A stretch of 64,000 nucleotides of DNA from positions 35,059-99,058 of the forward strand of contig CAZWLE010000004.1 in NCBI GenBank assembly GCA_964634305.1. The letters run 5' to 3'. The notes beneath the pieces were generated by a model, which did not search any database, had not been told where the DNA came from, and saw only the letters and a program-made list of their open reading frames with translations. Position 1 is the first letter of the stretch. Every line of letters begins with the position of its first letter. Positions 43,438 through 52,546 of the stretch are shown in pieces. The position numbers were made by a program, and so were the translations under genes. The stretch comes from an uncultured Candidatus Saccharibacteria bacterium (GTDB lineage: Bacteria; Patescibacteriota; Minisyncoccia; Phycocordibacterales; Phycocordibacteraceae).

Positions 43438-44238
43438 ATGAATGAATCATCCGTAGAGATGTTCCTCCGAGCCACGAAGCCGGTCCGTTATGCGGCCGCT
43501 GCGGCGCTTGGCGTGCTTGCTTTGTTCCTTCTCGCACTCGCTGTGAGTGCGTGGATGAACGTCGGCCGTTCCGAATTTTATCCGACCAAGACCATTACGG
43601 TTGAAGGTACGGGTACCGGTACCGCGATTCCAAATCTCGCGACCGTCTCGTTCTCTATTACTGAAGAGGCAACGACGGTTGCTGATGCACAGGGTAAGGC
43701 AACCGCTAAGACGGACGCTGCACTTGCGGCAGTCTCTGGTCTTGGTATCGAGGAAACTGACGTAAAGACTATTTCGTACAACGTCTATCCAAAGTACGAG
43801 AACGTGTACTGTGCGAGCGGCTACTGCCCAGAAATGCGCAGCCCGAAGATTATCGGCTACGAAGTATCTCAGACCGTCGAAGTGAAGGTTCGGGATACGG
43901 GGAAGGCGGGAGATGTACTCCAGGCACTTGGTAGCCTTAACGTACAGAACATCTCCGGACCGAACTTCACCGTCGACGAGGATGAGGACATCAAGAGTGT
44001 TGCCCGTGAGGAAGCTATTGCTGAGGCAAAGGCCAAGGCGAAGACGCTTGCGAAGGAGCTCGGTGTCTCTCTTGGTAGCGTCGTCTCGTACTACGAGAAC
44101 CCAGGCTACATGCCGTACTACGGCTATGGCGGCGAGGGTAAGGCCATGGACGTAGCGGTTGCACAGTCTGCTCCAGCACTCCCAACGGGGGAGCAGGAGA
44201 CGAGTGTGACTGTGTCTATCACTTACGAGATTCACTAA
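43438..44238 (+). CDS. SIMPL-domain (DUF541) periplasmic protein
   Basis: The SIMPL pattern is ITVEGTGTGTAIPNLATVSFSITEEATTVADAQGKATAKTDAALAAV...ISGPNFTV. An N-terminal TM is present. Confidence 0.6.
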   Translation: MNESSVEMFLRATKPVRYAAAAALGVLALFLLALAVSAWMNVGRSEFYPTKTITVEGTGTGTAIPNLATVSFSITEEATTVADAQGKATAKTDAALAAVSGLGIEETDVKTISYNVYPKYENVYCASGYCPEMRSPKIIGYEVSQTVEVKVRDTGKAGDVLQALGSLNVQNISGPNFTVDEDEDIKSVAREEAIAEAKAKAKTLAKELGVSLGSVVSYYENPGYMPYYGYGGEGKAMDVAVAQSAPALPTGEQETSVTVSITYEIH

Positions 44239-44253
44239 GAGTCTTTCGTGAAC

Positions 44254-44287
44254 GAAAAAGCCCCGTAGATACGGGGCTTTTTCGTTA
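44254..44287 (+). terminator. Rho-independent terminator after the SIMPL gene
   Basis: The structure is AAAAAGCCCCGTA-GAT-ACGGGGCTTTTT. Confidence 0.65.
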
Positions 44288-44360
44288 ATTGACGTATGCT
44301 AGTCTCCTGGTATACTTGTCGGCATAAGCGCCCCGAGGGGCGTTTTAAAATACCCGACGC

Positions 44361-44549
44361 ATGAAATCCTTCATCAGCTATCTCAAGAACGTTCGCGGCG
44401 AGCTCGCGCATGTCGTGTGGCCAAAGCCACGTCAGGCCCTTATTCATACGGGTTTGATTATCGTCATGTCTGCAATCGCTGCACTCTTCATCGGTCTTTC
44501 CGACTACGGTCTGACCTCGCTCGTGAATGTACTCATCTCAGGCCGCTAA
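44361..44549 (+). CDS. secE: Preprotein translocase subunit SecE
   Basis: The 62-aa ORF has YLKNVRGELAHVVWPKPRQ followed by a single TM. It lies directly upstream of nusG, the canonical arrangement. Confidence 0.75.
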   Translation: MKSFISYLKNVRGELAHVVWPKPRQALIHTGLIIVMSAIAALFIGLSDYGLTSLVNVLISGR

Positions 44550-44550
44550 T

Positions 44551-45120
44551 ATGGACACTCGCACCGCCCCTCAGTTTGACGAGAATGCTGCAAACAGCGA
44601 ACCACGCTGGTACACCATTCATACCTACGCAGGCTACGAGAACGCTGTTGAGCGTAACTTGAAGCAGCGCATTGAAAGCCTTGGTATGCAGCACAAAATC
44701 TTTGAAGTCGTGGTACCGACTGAGAAGAAGGTGCGCGTGAAGGCAGGGAAGCGTGTGGTTGAGGAAGAGAAAATCTACCCTGGCTACATTCTCGTGAAGA
44801 TGATTGTTGATGAGGATTCGTGGTTTGTCGTTCGTAACACCCCTCGCGTTACCGGCTTTGTCGGTTCTGGCACCACCCCTGTTCCTATGGAAGAGGCAGA
44901 AGTGAACACTCTTATGAAGCGTATGGATGCGGAAGCACCTAAGCACCGTATCGACCTTCAGAAGGATGACCCCGTCGTCATTAACGACGGTCCGTTTAAA
45001 GACCTTGAGGGTAAGGTGGGTGAAATCGACGAGGACCGTGGAAAGGTTAAGGTTATGGTCGCCATGTTCGGCCGTGAGACCCCGGTTGAGCTTGATTTCT
45101 TGCAGATACGCAAGCTCTAA
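44551..45120 (+). CDS. nusG: Transcription termination/antitermination factor NusG
   Basis: The NGN domain is WYTIHTYAGYENAVERNL and the KOW domain is GKVGEIDEDRGKVKVMVAMFGRETPVEL. Start was taken at MDTRTAP, just after the secE stop. Confidence 0.85.
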   Translation: MDTRTAPQFDENAANSEPRWYTIHTYAGYENAVERNLKQRIESLGMQHKIFEVVVPTEKKVRVKAGKRVVEEEKIYPGYILVKMIVDEDSWFVVRNTPRVTGFVGSGTTPVPMEEAEVNTLMKRMDAEAPKHRIDLQKDDPVVINDGPFKDLEGKVGEIDEDRGKVKVMVAMFGRETPVELDFLQIRKL

Positions 45121-45143
45121 GATAGATTCCTAAGCACAGATAT

Positions 45144-45563
45144 ATGCCAAAAGTCGTAAAGAAAATTAAGCTCCAGATTGCCGCAGGTAAGGCTACCCCT
45201 GCGCCTCCTGTTGGTACCGTACTTGGTCCTGCTGGCGTTAACATTGCTGACTTCGTCAACAAGTTCAACGAGCAGACCCGCGACAAGATGGGAGACATCA
45301 TCCCAGTCGACATGTCGGTCTACGAGGACCGTACGTTTACCTTCGTCCTCAAGACCCCTCCAGCGTCTCGCCTTATCTTGAAGAAGATGGGTATCGACAA
45401 GGGTTCTCAGAAGCCAGGCAGCAAGTCAGGCGGCACCATCACCAAGGCTCAGGTCCGTGAGATTTCTGAGCAGAAGATGCCAGACCTCAACGCAGCGTCT
45501 CCTGAAGCGGCAGACCGCATCATCGAAGGTACTGCTCGTTCGATGGGTATCCAGGTTAAATAA
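45144..45563 (+). CDS. rplK: 50S ribosomal protein L11
   Basis: The N-terminus [45 protein letters not shown] is canonical L11. Confidence 0.9.
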   Translation: MPKVVKKIKLQIAAGKATPAPPVGTVLGPAGVNIADFVNKFNEQTRDKMGDIIPVDMSVYEDRTFTFVLKTPPASRLILKKMGIDKGSQKPGSKSGGTITKAQVREISEQKMPDLNAASPEAADRIIEGTARSMGIQVK

Positions 45564-45574
45564 ACCGACCTAAA

Positions 45575-45608
45575 GAAAAAGCCCCGCACTGCGGGGCTTT
45601 TTCTTTAT
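45575..45608. terminator. Rho-independent terminator directly after rplK
   Basis: The structure is AAAAAGCCCCGC-ACT-GCGGGGCTTTTTCTTT. Confidence 0.65.
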
Positions 45609-46099
45609 CTCTCTAGCGTCACGTATTCGTACGGTGGATTATGTTCCGGATGCAACTCCTGCTCGACCATCTTCGTGAACTCGGGATATTCAGGAAAGTG
45701 CACATCGCCATCGCTGTCATCGTCGACGAGAGTAAGCATGAGGCGGTCGATGTAAGGAAGTGCGGCGGCAAAGATACCGCTTCCGCCTATGATAAAAATC
45801 TCATCCGCTCCTGGAGCGTTCTTTGCTTCTTCAATAGCTGCCTCTACTGAGGTAACGACTGTAGCTCCTGGCGCATCATAGTCAGCGTTGCGTGAGACCA
45901 CGATGTTGGTGCGCTTTGGTAAGGGGCGACGTTCTGCAGGGAGAGATTCCCAGGTGAGACGACCCATGATGATTGGATGTTCGCGCGTTACGTTTCGGAA
46001 GCGTTCGAGATCAGCGGGAATATCCCAGACGAGGTCATTGTCTTTACCCAGGACGCGCGTGCGCTTACCAATAGCAGCGATAGCAGAGATGCGGCTCAT
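45605..46099 (-). CDS. folA: Dihydrofolate reductase
   Basis: The N-terminus ISAIAAIGKRTRVLGKDNDLVWDIPADLERFRNVTREHPIIMGRLTWESLP matches DHFR. The C-terminus has IFIIGGSGIF. Confidence 0.8.
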   Translation of the reverse strand: MSRISAIAAIGKRTRVLGKDNDLVWDIPADLERFRNVTREHPIIMGRLTWESLPAERRPLPKRTNIVVSRNADYDAPGATVVTSVEAAIEEAKNAPGADEIFIIGGSGIFAAALPYIDRLMLTLVDDDSDGDVHFPEYPEFTKMVEQELHPEHNPPYEYVTLER

Positions 46100-46410
46100 A
46101 GTTCGTAGAGAGGAAAGATATCATATGCGATGTCCTCGTAGGGATGCACCGCTTTCAAAGCATCAAGAACAGCGCGTACATATTGCTCTTCCACTTGGCA
46201 CTCAACGCGCTCTTCTTCTACCTCTTCGCTTTTCCCAACCTCGCCAATGGCAGGGTCTGCTCCGGGAAGGGGAGTGAAGCGTCCGATGCCGCGTGAGCTA
46301 AAGCTAGCGAACGAGTATTTATCGGATTTGCCGGCGCCAGCTTCGCCCACCGCCTGCCGGACTCGTTCCGCATCAGCGACGGGAACTGTGTATACGAGCT
46401 TGAACTTCAT
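46096..46410 (-). CDS. Small hypothetical protein within the folate/thymidylate operon
   Basis: The 104-aa ORF overlaps its neighbours by 4 nt on both sides. No motif was recognised. Confidence 0.4.
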   Translation of the reverse strand: MKFKLVYTVPVADAERVRQAVGEAGAGKSDKYSFASFSSRGIGRFTPLPGADPAIGEVGKSEEVEEERVECQVEEQYVRAVLDALKAVHPYEDIAYDIFPLYEL

Positions 46411-46919
46411 GTACCTACTATACGTGTCGACTTGTATACACGCACGCCGGACGGACTTACGACTGCCACCGTATCCATAGGTTGGTCCCAGGATTCGCGC
46501 ACTAACGGCATCTCTGAAAACTGCGTCTCATAGCAAAAACCAACCCGAAACCATTGCTTCGGCACTTCTGCAAGAAAACGGTCATACCATCCACCACCTC
46601 TTCCGTGCCGGGTACCTAATGCGTCGAACGAACGGCCAGGTACGAAAATAACAGTAGGTATATCTCCCATAGCGTCTTGTGCTCGCTTCGCTTCTGCAAT
46701 GGGGTCGAGTGATGCGCGTGGCGCAATCTCATATGTCGTCGCTCCCTCGGGAAGAGTCACATAGTCACGAAAGGGAACTTCTGCTTTGAGCGGAACGTAT
46801 GTGATAAAGGCGCCATACGGCGCCAGTATCGTGGTTATTTCGTTTTCTTGTGCCACGGATGTTTCTTTTTCGTATCCTTGTCCGTCCAAAGGCGAGGGAG
46901 CATCATCTCCGGTTTCCAC
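46407..46919 (-). CDS. 5-formyltetrahydrofolate cyclo-ligase (MTHFS)
   Basis: The nucleotide-binding motif GRGGGWYDRFL matches the G-GGGYYDR signature. The AxYxP...E N-terminal pattern is present. The ORF is 170 aa. Confidence 0.65.
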   Translation of the reverse strand: METGDDAPSPLDGQGYEKETSVAQENEITTILAPYGAFITYVPLKAEVPFRDYVTLPEGATTYEIAPRASLDPIAEAKRAQDAMGDIPTVIFVPGRSFDALGTRHGRGGGWYDRFLAEVPKQWFRVGFCYETQFSEMPLVRESWDQPMDTVAVVSPSGVRVYKSTRIVGT

Positions 46920-47539
46920 TCACGAGCGAGCTTCTTTACGTCCGTTGAGCTCGAGTACTTACCGCTTGCGGCATAATCAGCACCCTCGATGACACCAGTC
47001 TCAAAGAAGACGAGCTGTGCGATGCGACGACCAACCACAAGGGGAATGATGTAGTTTTTGGAGTTGTTCGTAATCTCCATGGTCCAGCGATTGATGTAGC
47101 CGACGTCACCCCATCCTGCACACTTACATACTTCGATGAATGAGCGGCCGAGTGAGCTGCGTGCCTTCATCATAGTCGTGATGTGATTCTTGCCACCGAT
47201 GAATTCCTGCGTGTGCGCAAGAATGGTTTCTCCGGGACGAAGGACGATGACTTTGTCGTCGGGGCGGATGCCACCCTTCCAATCAAAGTTGTATTTCTTG
47301 AATGCTTCCGCCGCAGGAACAGCACGCTCTACCTTGTCAGCGCCCCATACGTGTTCAATGTGTGCTTTATCCCAAATGTTATAGAGCGCGTGGTTGTACT
47401 TAGGTGGCTGCTCTCGGAAAAAGTATTCACCGAGCGTGACGTCGTATGAGGACGTAGCGAGGTGACCGCGGTCGAACGGGGAAATAATAATGTCGCCCTT
47501 CTTCATTTCTTCCTGAATGCGTTTGTCGGAAAGTGCCAT
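46835..47539 (-). CDS. dcd: dCTP deaminase (dUTPase superfamily) with a Lys-rich C-terminal tail
   Basis: The motif KARSSLGRSF is the Dcd signature. The tail overlaps the 5-FCL start by 85 nt. Confidence 0.7.
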   Translation of the reverse strand: MALSDKRIQEEMKKGDIIISPFDRGHLATSSYDVTLGEYFFREQPPKYNHALYNIWDKAHIEHVWGADKVERAVPAAEAFKKYNFDWKGGIRPDDKVIVLRPGETILAHTQEFIGGKNHITTMMKARSSLGRSFIEVCKCAGWGDVGYINRWTMEITNNSKNYIIPLVVGRRIAQLVFFETGVIEGADYAASGKYSSSTDVKKLAREWKPEMMLPRLWTDKDTKKKHPWHKKTK

Positions 47540-47550
47540 AATGAGCTCGA

Positions 47551-48384
47551 TTATACGGCCATCGGCGCCTTTATCGTAGGGTGGCTCTCATACCCCTCGA
47601 GCTCTATGTCCTCCATGGTGAAGCCGTTGATATCTTTTACCTCGGGATTCAGTTTGAGCGTTGGCGGAGGAAATGCGTCGCGTCCGAGCTGTTCGTTCAC
47701 CGCGTCGAAGTGATTCTTATAGATGTGGGTGTCACCAAGCGAATGCACAAACTCATGTGCCTTAAGACCGGTGACCTGCGCGACCATATGGAGGAAGAGG
47801 GAATAGGAAGCGATGTTGAACGGCACGCCAAGGAACATGTCGCAGCTGCGCTGATGCATAAAGAGGGAGAGCTTTCCGTCAGCGACAAAGAATTGCATGA
47901 ACATATGGCACGGCGGGAGTGCCATAAGGTCGAGCTCTCCAGGATTCCAGGCAGTAACGATGAGGCGACGACTGGTTGGGTTCTCTTTAATTTCTTTGAT
48001 GAGATTCGCTATCTGGTCGACTTCGGTGCCGTCAGGACGCATCCAATGGCGCCACTGCACACCGTATACACGGCCGAGGTCGCCAGGGAATTTCGCCTTG
48101 TCTTTCCAGTAGGGCGCGTCTGCGTTCGCACTCCATATGGTTTTCTCACTCGCGTTTAACTCCTTAAGACGGTTCTCGTCACCGGTGCCTTCAAGAAACC
48201 ATAAGAGTTCGCTCTTCACCGCCTTCCACGCAAGCTTCTTTGTGGTGAGGGCAGGGAAGCCGTCTGCCATATTGAATCGCATCGTCTGTCCAAAGAGCGC
48301 GCGCGTGCCCGTTCCGGTGCGGTCGTCGCGGTCGACGCCTTCATCCATGACTTTCTTGAGAAGTTCGAGGTATGCCTTTTCCAT
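47551..48384 (-). CDS. thyA: Thymidylate synthase ThyA
   Basis: Near-canonical motifs are GVDRDDRTGTGTRALFG, LPPCH-F-QFFV and DMFLGVPFNIASYSLFLHMVAQV. Start was taken at MEKAYLELL. Confidence 0.9.
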   Translation of the reverse strand: MEKAYLELLKKVMDEGVDRDDRTGTGTRALFGQTMRFNMADGFPALTTKKLAWKAVKSELLWFLEGTGDENRLKELNASEKTIWSANADAPYWKDKAKFPGDLGRVYGVQWRHWMRPDGTEVDQIANLIKEIKENPTSRRLIVTAWNPGELDLMALPPCHMFMQFFVADGKLSLFMHQRSCDMFLGVPFNIASYSLFLHMVAQVTGLKAHEFVHSLGDTHIYKNHFDAVNEQLGRDAFPPPTLKLNPEVKDINGFTMEDIELEGYESHPTIKAPMAV

Positions 48385-48406
48385 GGCGCCTAGTATACTT
48401 GCCGCC

Positions 48407-49090
48407 ATGCAAAAGGGCATATTGGTCGTCATCGACGGCATCGACGGTTCCGGGAAAGCAACCCAGGCACGGTTGCTTGCCGAGCGTCTTGAGAAGGAAG
48501 GACATGCGGTAGAGCGTATCGATTTCCCACGCTACGACGCACCGATGTTTGGTGAATTTTTGGGTGAGTGTCTTGCGGGAAAGCACGGGGACTTCCTTCA
48601 CCTCGACCCAAAGATTGCCTCGACCCTTTACGCACTCGACCGTTTTGAGGCCTCCCCACAAATTCGTACCTGGCTTGAGGAAGGGAAGGTAGTTGTCGCT
48701 GACCGTTTTGCGTCATCGAATCAGATTCACCAAGGCGGAAAGATAGTCGATGCAAGCCGCCGCGAAGCGTTTCTCGATTGGATAGGAAACATGGAGCATG
48801 AGGTACTTGGCGTGCCACGGCCTGATGCGGTCGTGTACCTGCGCGTCCCTGTTGAGGTGTCGTTGTCACTTCTTGCCAAGGAACGTGAGGCAAAGAATAA
48901 GGCGCTCGAAGGAGAAGCGCAGGATGTCGTCGAGAAGGACCGTATGTACCTCGAGCGCTCTATGGAATCGGCTGAGCATCTCTCCCATGAGCCAAACTGG
49001 CATGCGGTTGAGTGCGTTGAGGGCGAGGTACTTCGTACCCCTGAGGTCATTCACGAGGATGTGTATAAGGTAGTGAGCGGATTGCTATAG
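48407..49090 (+). CDS. tmk: Thymidylate kinase
   Basis: The N-terminus MQKGILVVIDGIDGSGKATQARLL carries the P-loop. A DRF motif is present. An alternative start lies at 48383. Confidence 0.8.
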   Translation: MQKGILVVIDGIDGSGKATQARLLAERLEKEGHAVERIDFPRYDAPMFGEFLGECLAGKHGDFLHLDPKIASTLYALDRFEASPQIRTWLEEGKVVVADRFASSNQIHQGGKIVDASRREAFLDWIGNMEHEVLGVPRPDAVVYLRVPVEVSLSLLAKEREAKNKALEGEAQDVVEKDRMYLERSMESAEHLSHEPNWHAVECVEGEVLRTPEVIHEDVYKVVSGLL

Positions 49091-49151
49091 TTTCTCCATG
49101 GTATAGCGCGCCTCCCATTGAAAAGATTTATTTACGTAACGAAGGAGGCCT

Positions 49152-50411
49152 ATGTACGACCACATCAAAAAGCAGGATAAAGAGGTATACGACGCAATAG
49201 AAGGGGAGGAAGGACGCGAGCGCACGGGGCTTGAGCTCATTCCGTCTGAAAACTACGTATCGCTTGCGGTGCGCGAAGCAATGGGCAGCGTGCTCACGAA
49301 CAAATACTCAGAAGGGTACCCAGGTAAGCGCTACTACGGTGGCCAGACATACACTGATGTCGTTGAAGACCTCGCACGTGACCGCGCGAAGGAATTATTC
49401 GGTGCGCAGTTTGCAAACGTACAGCCACACGCAGGTGCACCAGCAAACATCGGTATGTACTTCGCCCTCCTTGAGCCAGGCGACACGGTTATGGGTATGG
49501 ACCTCTCACACGGTGGTCACCTCACGCACGGACATCCCGTCACCTACCTCACTAAAATCTTCAACTTCATCCGCTACAAGATGAAGGATGTCGATACGGG
49601 TGAAATCGATTACGACGAAATGCGTGCGGTCGCTAAAGAGCACAAGCCAAAGATTCTTCTTGCCGGATACTCTGCATACCCACGTGAACTCGACTACGCA
49701 AAGTTTGTCGACATCGCACGCGAAGTCGGCGCGATTGCAGTAATGGATGTGGCGCACATCGCGGGACTCATTGCCGGTAAGGCGGTAAAGAATCCGTTTG
49801 ATTATGGATTTGATGTCATGACGACCACCACGCACAAGACGCTTCGTGGTCCGCGCGGCGGCATGATTCTTACGCGTGAGAGTGAAGAGATTGCAAAAAA
49901 GATTGATAAGTCAGTCTTCCCAGGTCTGCAGGGTGGCCCATTGATGCACATGATTGCCGCAAAGGCCGTCTGTTTTGGCGAGGCGCTGCAGCCGTCATTT
50001 CAGACCTATGCTGCTCAGGTCGTGAAAAATGCTGCGGCTATGGCGGACGTATTCAACAAGGACGGTGCACGTCTTATCACCGGCGGCACCTCAAATCACC
50101 TCATTCTCGCGGATGTATGGTCGTCCTACGAAATCTCTGGCGGTGATGCGGAGAAGTTGCTCGACGAAGCGGGTATCACCCTCAACAAGAATTCCATTGC
50201 CGACGACACGCGTAAGCCAATGGACCCATCGGGTATTCGCTTCGGCACGCCAGCTATTACCACGCGCGGCTTCAAGGAAGCAGAATGTGCCCGTGTCGCA
50301 GAGCTCATGATTGAAGTCATGCGCAAACGTGATGACACAACGGTCGCGGCGACCAAGGCAGAGATAGCAAAAATAGCTGAGGCGCATCCGGTTCCAGAGG
50401 TGTTTGTGTAA
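49152..50411 (+). CDS. glyA: Serine hydroxymethyltransferase
   Basis: The sequence LELIPSENYVS...TTTTHKTLRGPRGG carries the PLP-lysine motif. The ORF is 419 aa. Confidence 0.9.
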   Translation: MYDHIKKQDKEVYDAIEGEEGRERTGLELIPSENYVSLAVREAMGSVLTNKYSEGYPGKRYYGGQTYTDVVEDLARDRAKELFGAQFANVQPHAGAPANIGMYFALLEPGDTVMGMDLSHGGHLTHGHPVTYLTKIFNFIRYKMKDVDTGEIDYDEMRAVAKEHKPKILLAGYSAYPRELDYAKFVDIAREVGAIAVMDVAHIAGLIAGKAVKNPFDYGFDVMTTTTHKTLRGPRGGMILTRESEEIAKKIDKSVFPGLQGGPLMHMIAAKAVCFGEALQPSFQTYAAQVVKNAAAMADVFNKDGARLITGGTSNHLILADVWSSYEISGGDAEKLLDEAGITLNKNSIADDTRKPMDPSGIRFGTPAITTRGFKEAECARVAELMIEVMRKRDDTTVAATKAEIAKIAEAHPVPEVFV

Positions 50412-50470
50412 AGTTCGATAGAACGTATAGTGCGGGTCTGGCACACAGTGTGCCGTGAGAGGAGCTTGAA

Positions 50471-50743
50471 ATGGCCGATAAAGAAACGCTGCTGCACTGT
50501 TCTTTCTGCGGAAAATCGCAAAAAGAAGTCAAGCACCTTATTGCCGGTCCGTCGGCGACGGCTGTTTGCGACGAATGTGTCGCCCTGTGTGTCGATATTC
50601 TGAAGGAGCTTCGTACCAAGGAGGAGAAAATCGCCGAGAAACAGGGTGAAATCAGAAACCTCGAAAAGCAAGCACGTGAACTCGCGGGAGTGAGCGATTT
50701 GCTTACGAGGGCTCGCGCAGATCTTGCTGCATTGCAAAAGTAA
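50471..50743 (+). CDS. Standalone ClpX-type C4 zinc-finger (ZBD) protein with a C-terminal coiled coil
   Basis: [38 protein letters not shown] matches the ClpX N-terminal zinc-binding domain (C-x2-C...C-x2-C). The ORF is only 90 aa with no AAA+ module. Confidence 0.55.
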   Translation: MADKETLLHCSFCGKSQKEVKHLIAGPSATAVCDECVALCVDILKELRTKEEKIAEKQGEIRNLEKQARELAGVSDLLTRARADLAALQK

Positions 50744-50852
50744 CGCAATCAAGCGGTGGTGGATACGGCAGTGCACAGACGCCCGGACCAAGGTCCGGGC
50801 GTTTTGTCTTTAGTAACAGCACGTCCTGATGCTATTTGCTACACTCCTTTGC

Positions 50853-52496
50853 ATGGAAGAGCAGATACGAGATGCCGTACGGAAAGCGCTTGCTGCGGCA
50901 GGTGCGGATGCTGTATTTGCAGTGGAGCGTCCTGCGGACGCCTCACATGGTGACTATGCAACGAATGCAGCCCTCGCTGCTGCAAAAGCGCTCGGTAAAA
51001 ACCCAAAGGCACTTGCTGAGGAGCTTGCGCCAGCAATACAGAACGCGCTCGGTGACGTAGTCTCAGATGTATCTGTTGCCGGACCCGGGTTCATTAACAT
51101 CACACTCTCACCCGAAACAGTACGTGCAGAGATAGCGCGTGCTGCGGAAGAAGGAACGACGTGGGGGAAGGGAACCGTGAATGACGGTAAGCGCATTATC
51201 GTTGAGTATTCCTGCCCGAATCCGTTTAAGGAGATGCACATCGGTCATCTCATGTCGACGATTATTGGTGAAGCAGTCTCGCGTGTTATTGAAGGGTCGG
51301 GAGCAACGGTCACTCGTGATTCGTATGGCGGGGATGTTGGTCCGCATGTTGCGAAAGCGCTCTGGGCACTACGGAAGGATGGGGTCACCGATGTAGCGAG
51401 CGCGAGCGAAGTGGATGCAGCGTATGCGCGTGGCAGCCGTGCGTACGCAGAAGACGAAGAGGCAAAGGCAGAAATCGATGCACTCAATGTCGCTATCTAC
51501 AAAGCGGAAGATTCGGCACTCATGGATTTGTGGGGTAAGTGTCGCGAGGTATGTCTTGAAGCATTTCGTGCACTCTACGCAAAACTCGGTACGAAATTCG
51601 ATTACTTCTTTTTTGAAAGTGACACCGCTCCTATTGGTACCGAGATAGTGAAAGACGGACTTCTGCGTGGCGTGTTTGAAGAGAGTGACGGTGCGGTTAT
51701 CTATAAAGGAGAGAAGAAGGGACTCCATACGCTCGTATTCCTTACGTCAAAAGGAACGCCAACCTACGAAGCAAAAGAGCTCGGCCTCGCGTTTTATAAG
51801 GAAGAGCGCATTCCATCGGACGAGTCGTACATCCTTACTGCAGCTGAGCAGGTAGGGCACTTTAATGTGGTAAAAGCGGCGCTCGAAGACATTGCGCCGC
51901 TAGTGGGTGCGAAGACGCATCACATACCGCATGGCTTCATGCGTCTTACCACCGGAAAGATGTCGAGTCGCGAAGGTAACACGGTGACGGCGGTCGCACT
52001 CTTACAAGAACTTTTTGATAAAGCGGCAGAGAGAAATGATGACCCAGTAATTGCAGAGCAGGTAGGTATCGCAGCGGTGAAGTACATGATTTTGCGCCAA
52101 GCATCAGGTGGCGACATCATCTATGACGCAGAACAGTCCCTCTCTCTTGAAGGTGATTCAGGTCCATACCTCCAGTACGCACTTGTACGTGCGCGCAAAA
52201 TCCTCGCGTATGGAGAAGGGAAGGGTGGGAGCGAAGAACCAGCACTGCCATACCCGATTGAGCGACTCATCATTCGTTTCCCTGAAGTAACGGCGCGCGC
52301 GGCAAGAGAGAAAGCGCCGCACCACATTGCGCAGTACCTCACAGAACTCGCTGCATCATGGAATTCGTTTTATGCGAGTGAGCAGGTGCTAGGCAGCCCT
52401 GAAGAAGCGTACAAACAGCGTGTCGCAAAAGCATTTGCAACGACTATGGAGAACGGGCTCGCGCTACTTGGGATACCCGCTCCAGAAAAAATGTAA
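50853..52496 (+). CDS. argS: Arginyl-tRNA synthetase
   Basis: The class I HIGH motif is PNPFKEMHIGHLMSTIIG and the KMSK variant is GKMSSREGN. The gene has the Arg-RS N-terminal add-1 pattern and a DALR C-terminus. Start was taken at MEEQIRDAV. Confidence 0.85.
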   Translation: MEEQIRDAVRKALAAAGADAVFAVERPADASHGDYATNAALAAAKALGKNPKALAEELAPAIQNALGDVVSDVSVAGPGFINITLSPETVRAEIARAAEEGTTWGKGTVNDGKRIIVEYSCPNPFKEMHIGHLMSTIIGEAVSRVIEGSGATVTRDSYGGDVGPHVAKALWALRKDGVTDVASASEVDAAYARGSRAYAEDEEAKAEIDALNVAIYKAEDSALMDLWGKCREVCLEAFRALYAKLGTKFDYFFFESDTAPIGTEIVKDGLLRGVFEESDGAVIYKGEKKGLHTLVFLTSKGTPTYEAKELGLAFYKEERIPSDESYILTAAEQVGHFNVVKAALEDIAPLVGAKTHHIPHGFMRLTTGKMSSREGNTVTAVALLQELFDKAAERNDDPVIAEQVGIAAVKYMILRQASGGDIIYDAEQSLSLEGDSGPYLQYALVRARKILAYGEGKGGSEEPALPYPIERLIIRFPEVTARAAREKAPHHIAQYLTELAASWNSFYASEQVLGSPEEAYKQRVAKAFATTMENGLALLGIPAPEKM

Positions 52497-52546
52497 TGTG
52501 CTAGGCTCCTCTGTACGGAGCATATCCGCTCTTGAGGAGGTGACCC

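Noticed and set aside
48381-48386. Claim of a tmk start at 48383 overlapping the thyA start
   Set aside because: It is kept only as an alternative. The P-loop-proximal Met at 48407 gives the canonical Tmk N-terminus. The CCATGG coincidence is noted in the findings but not asserted as a feature.
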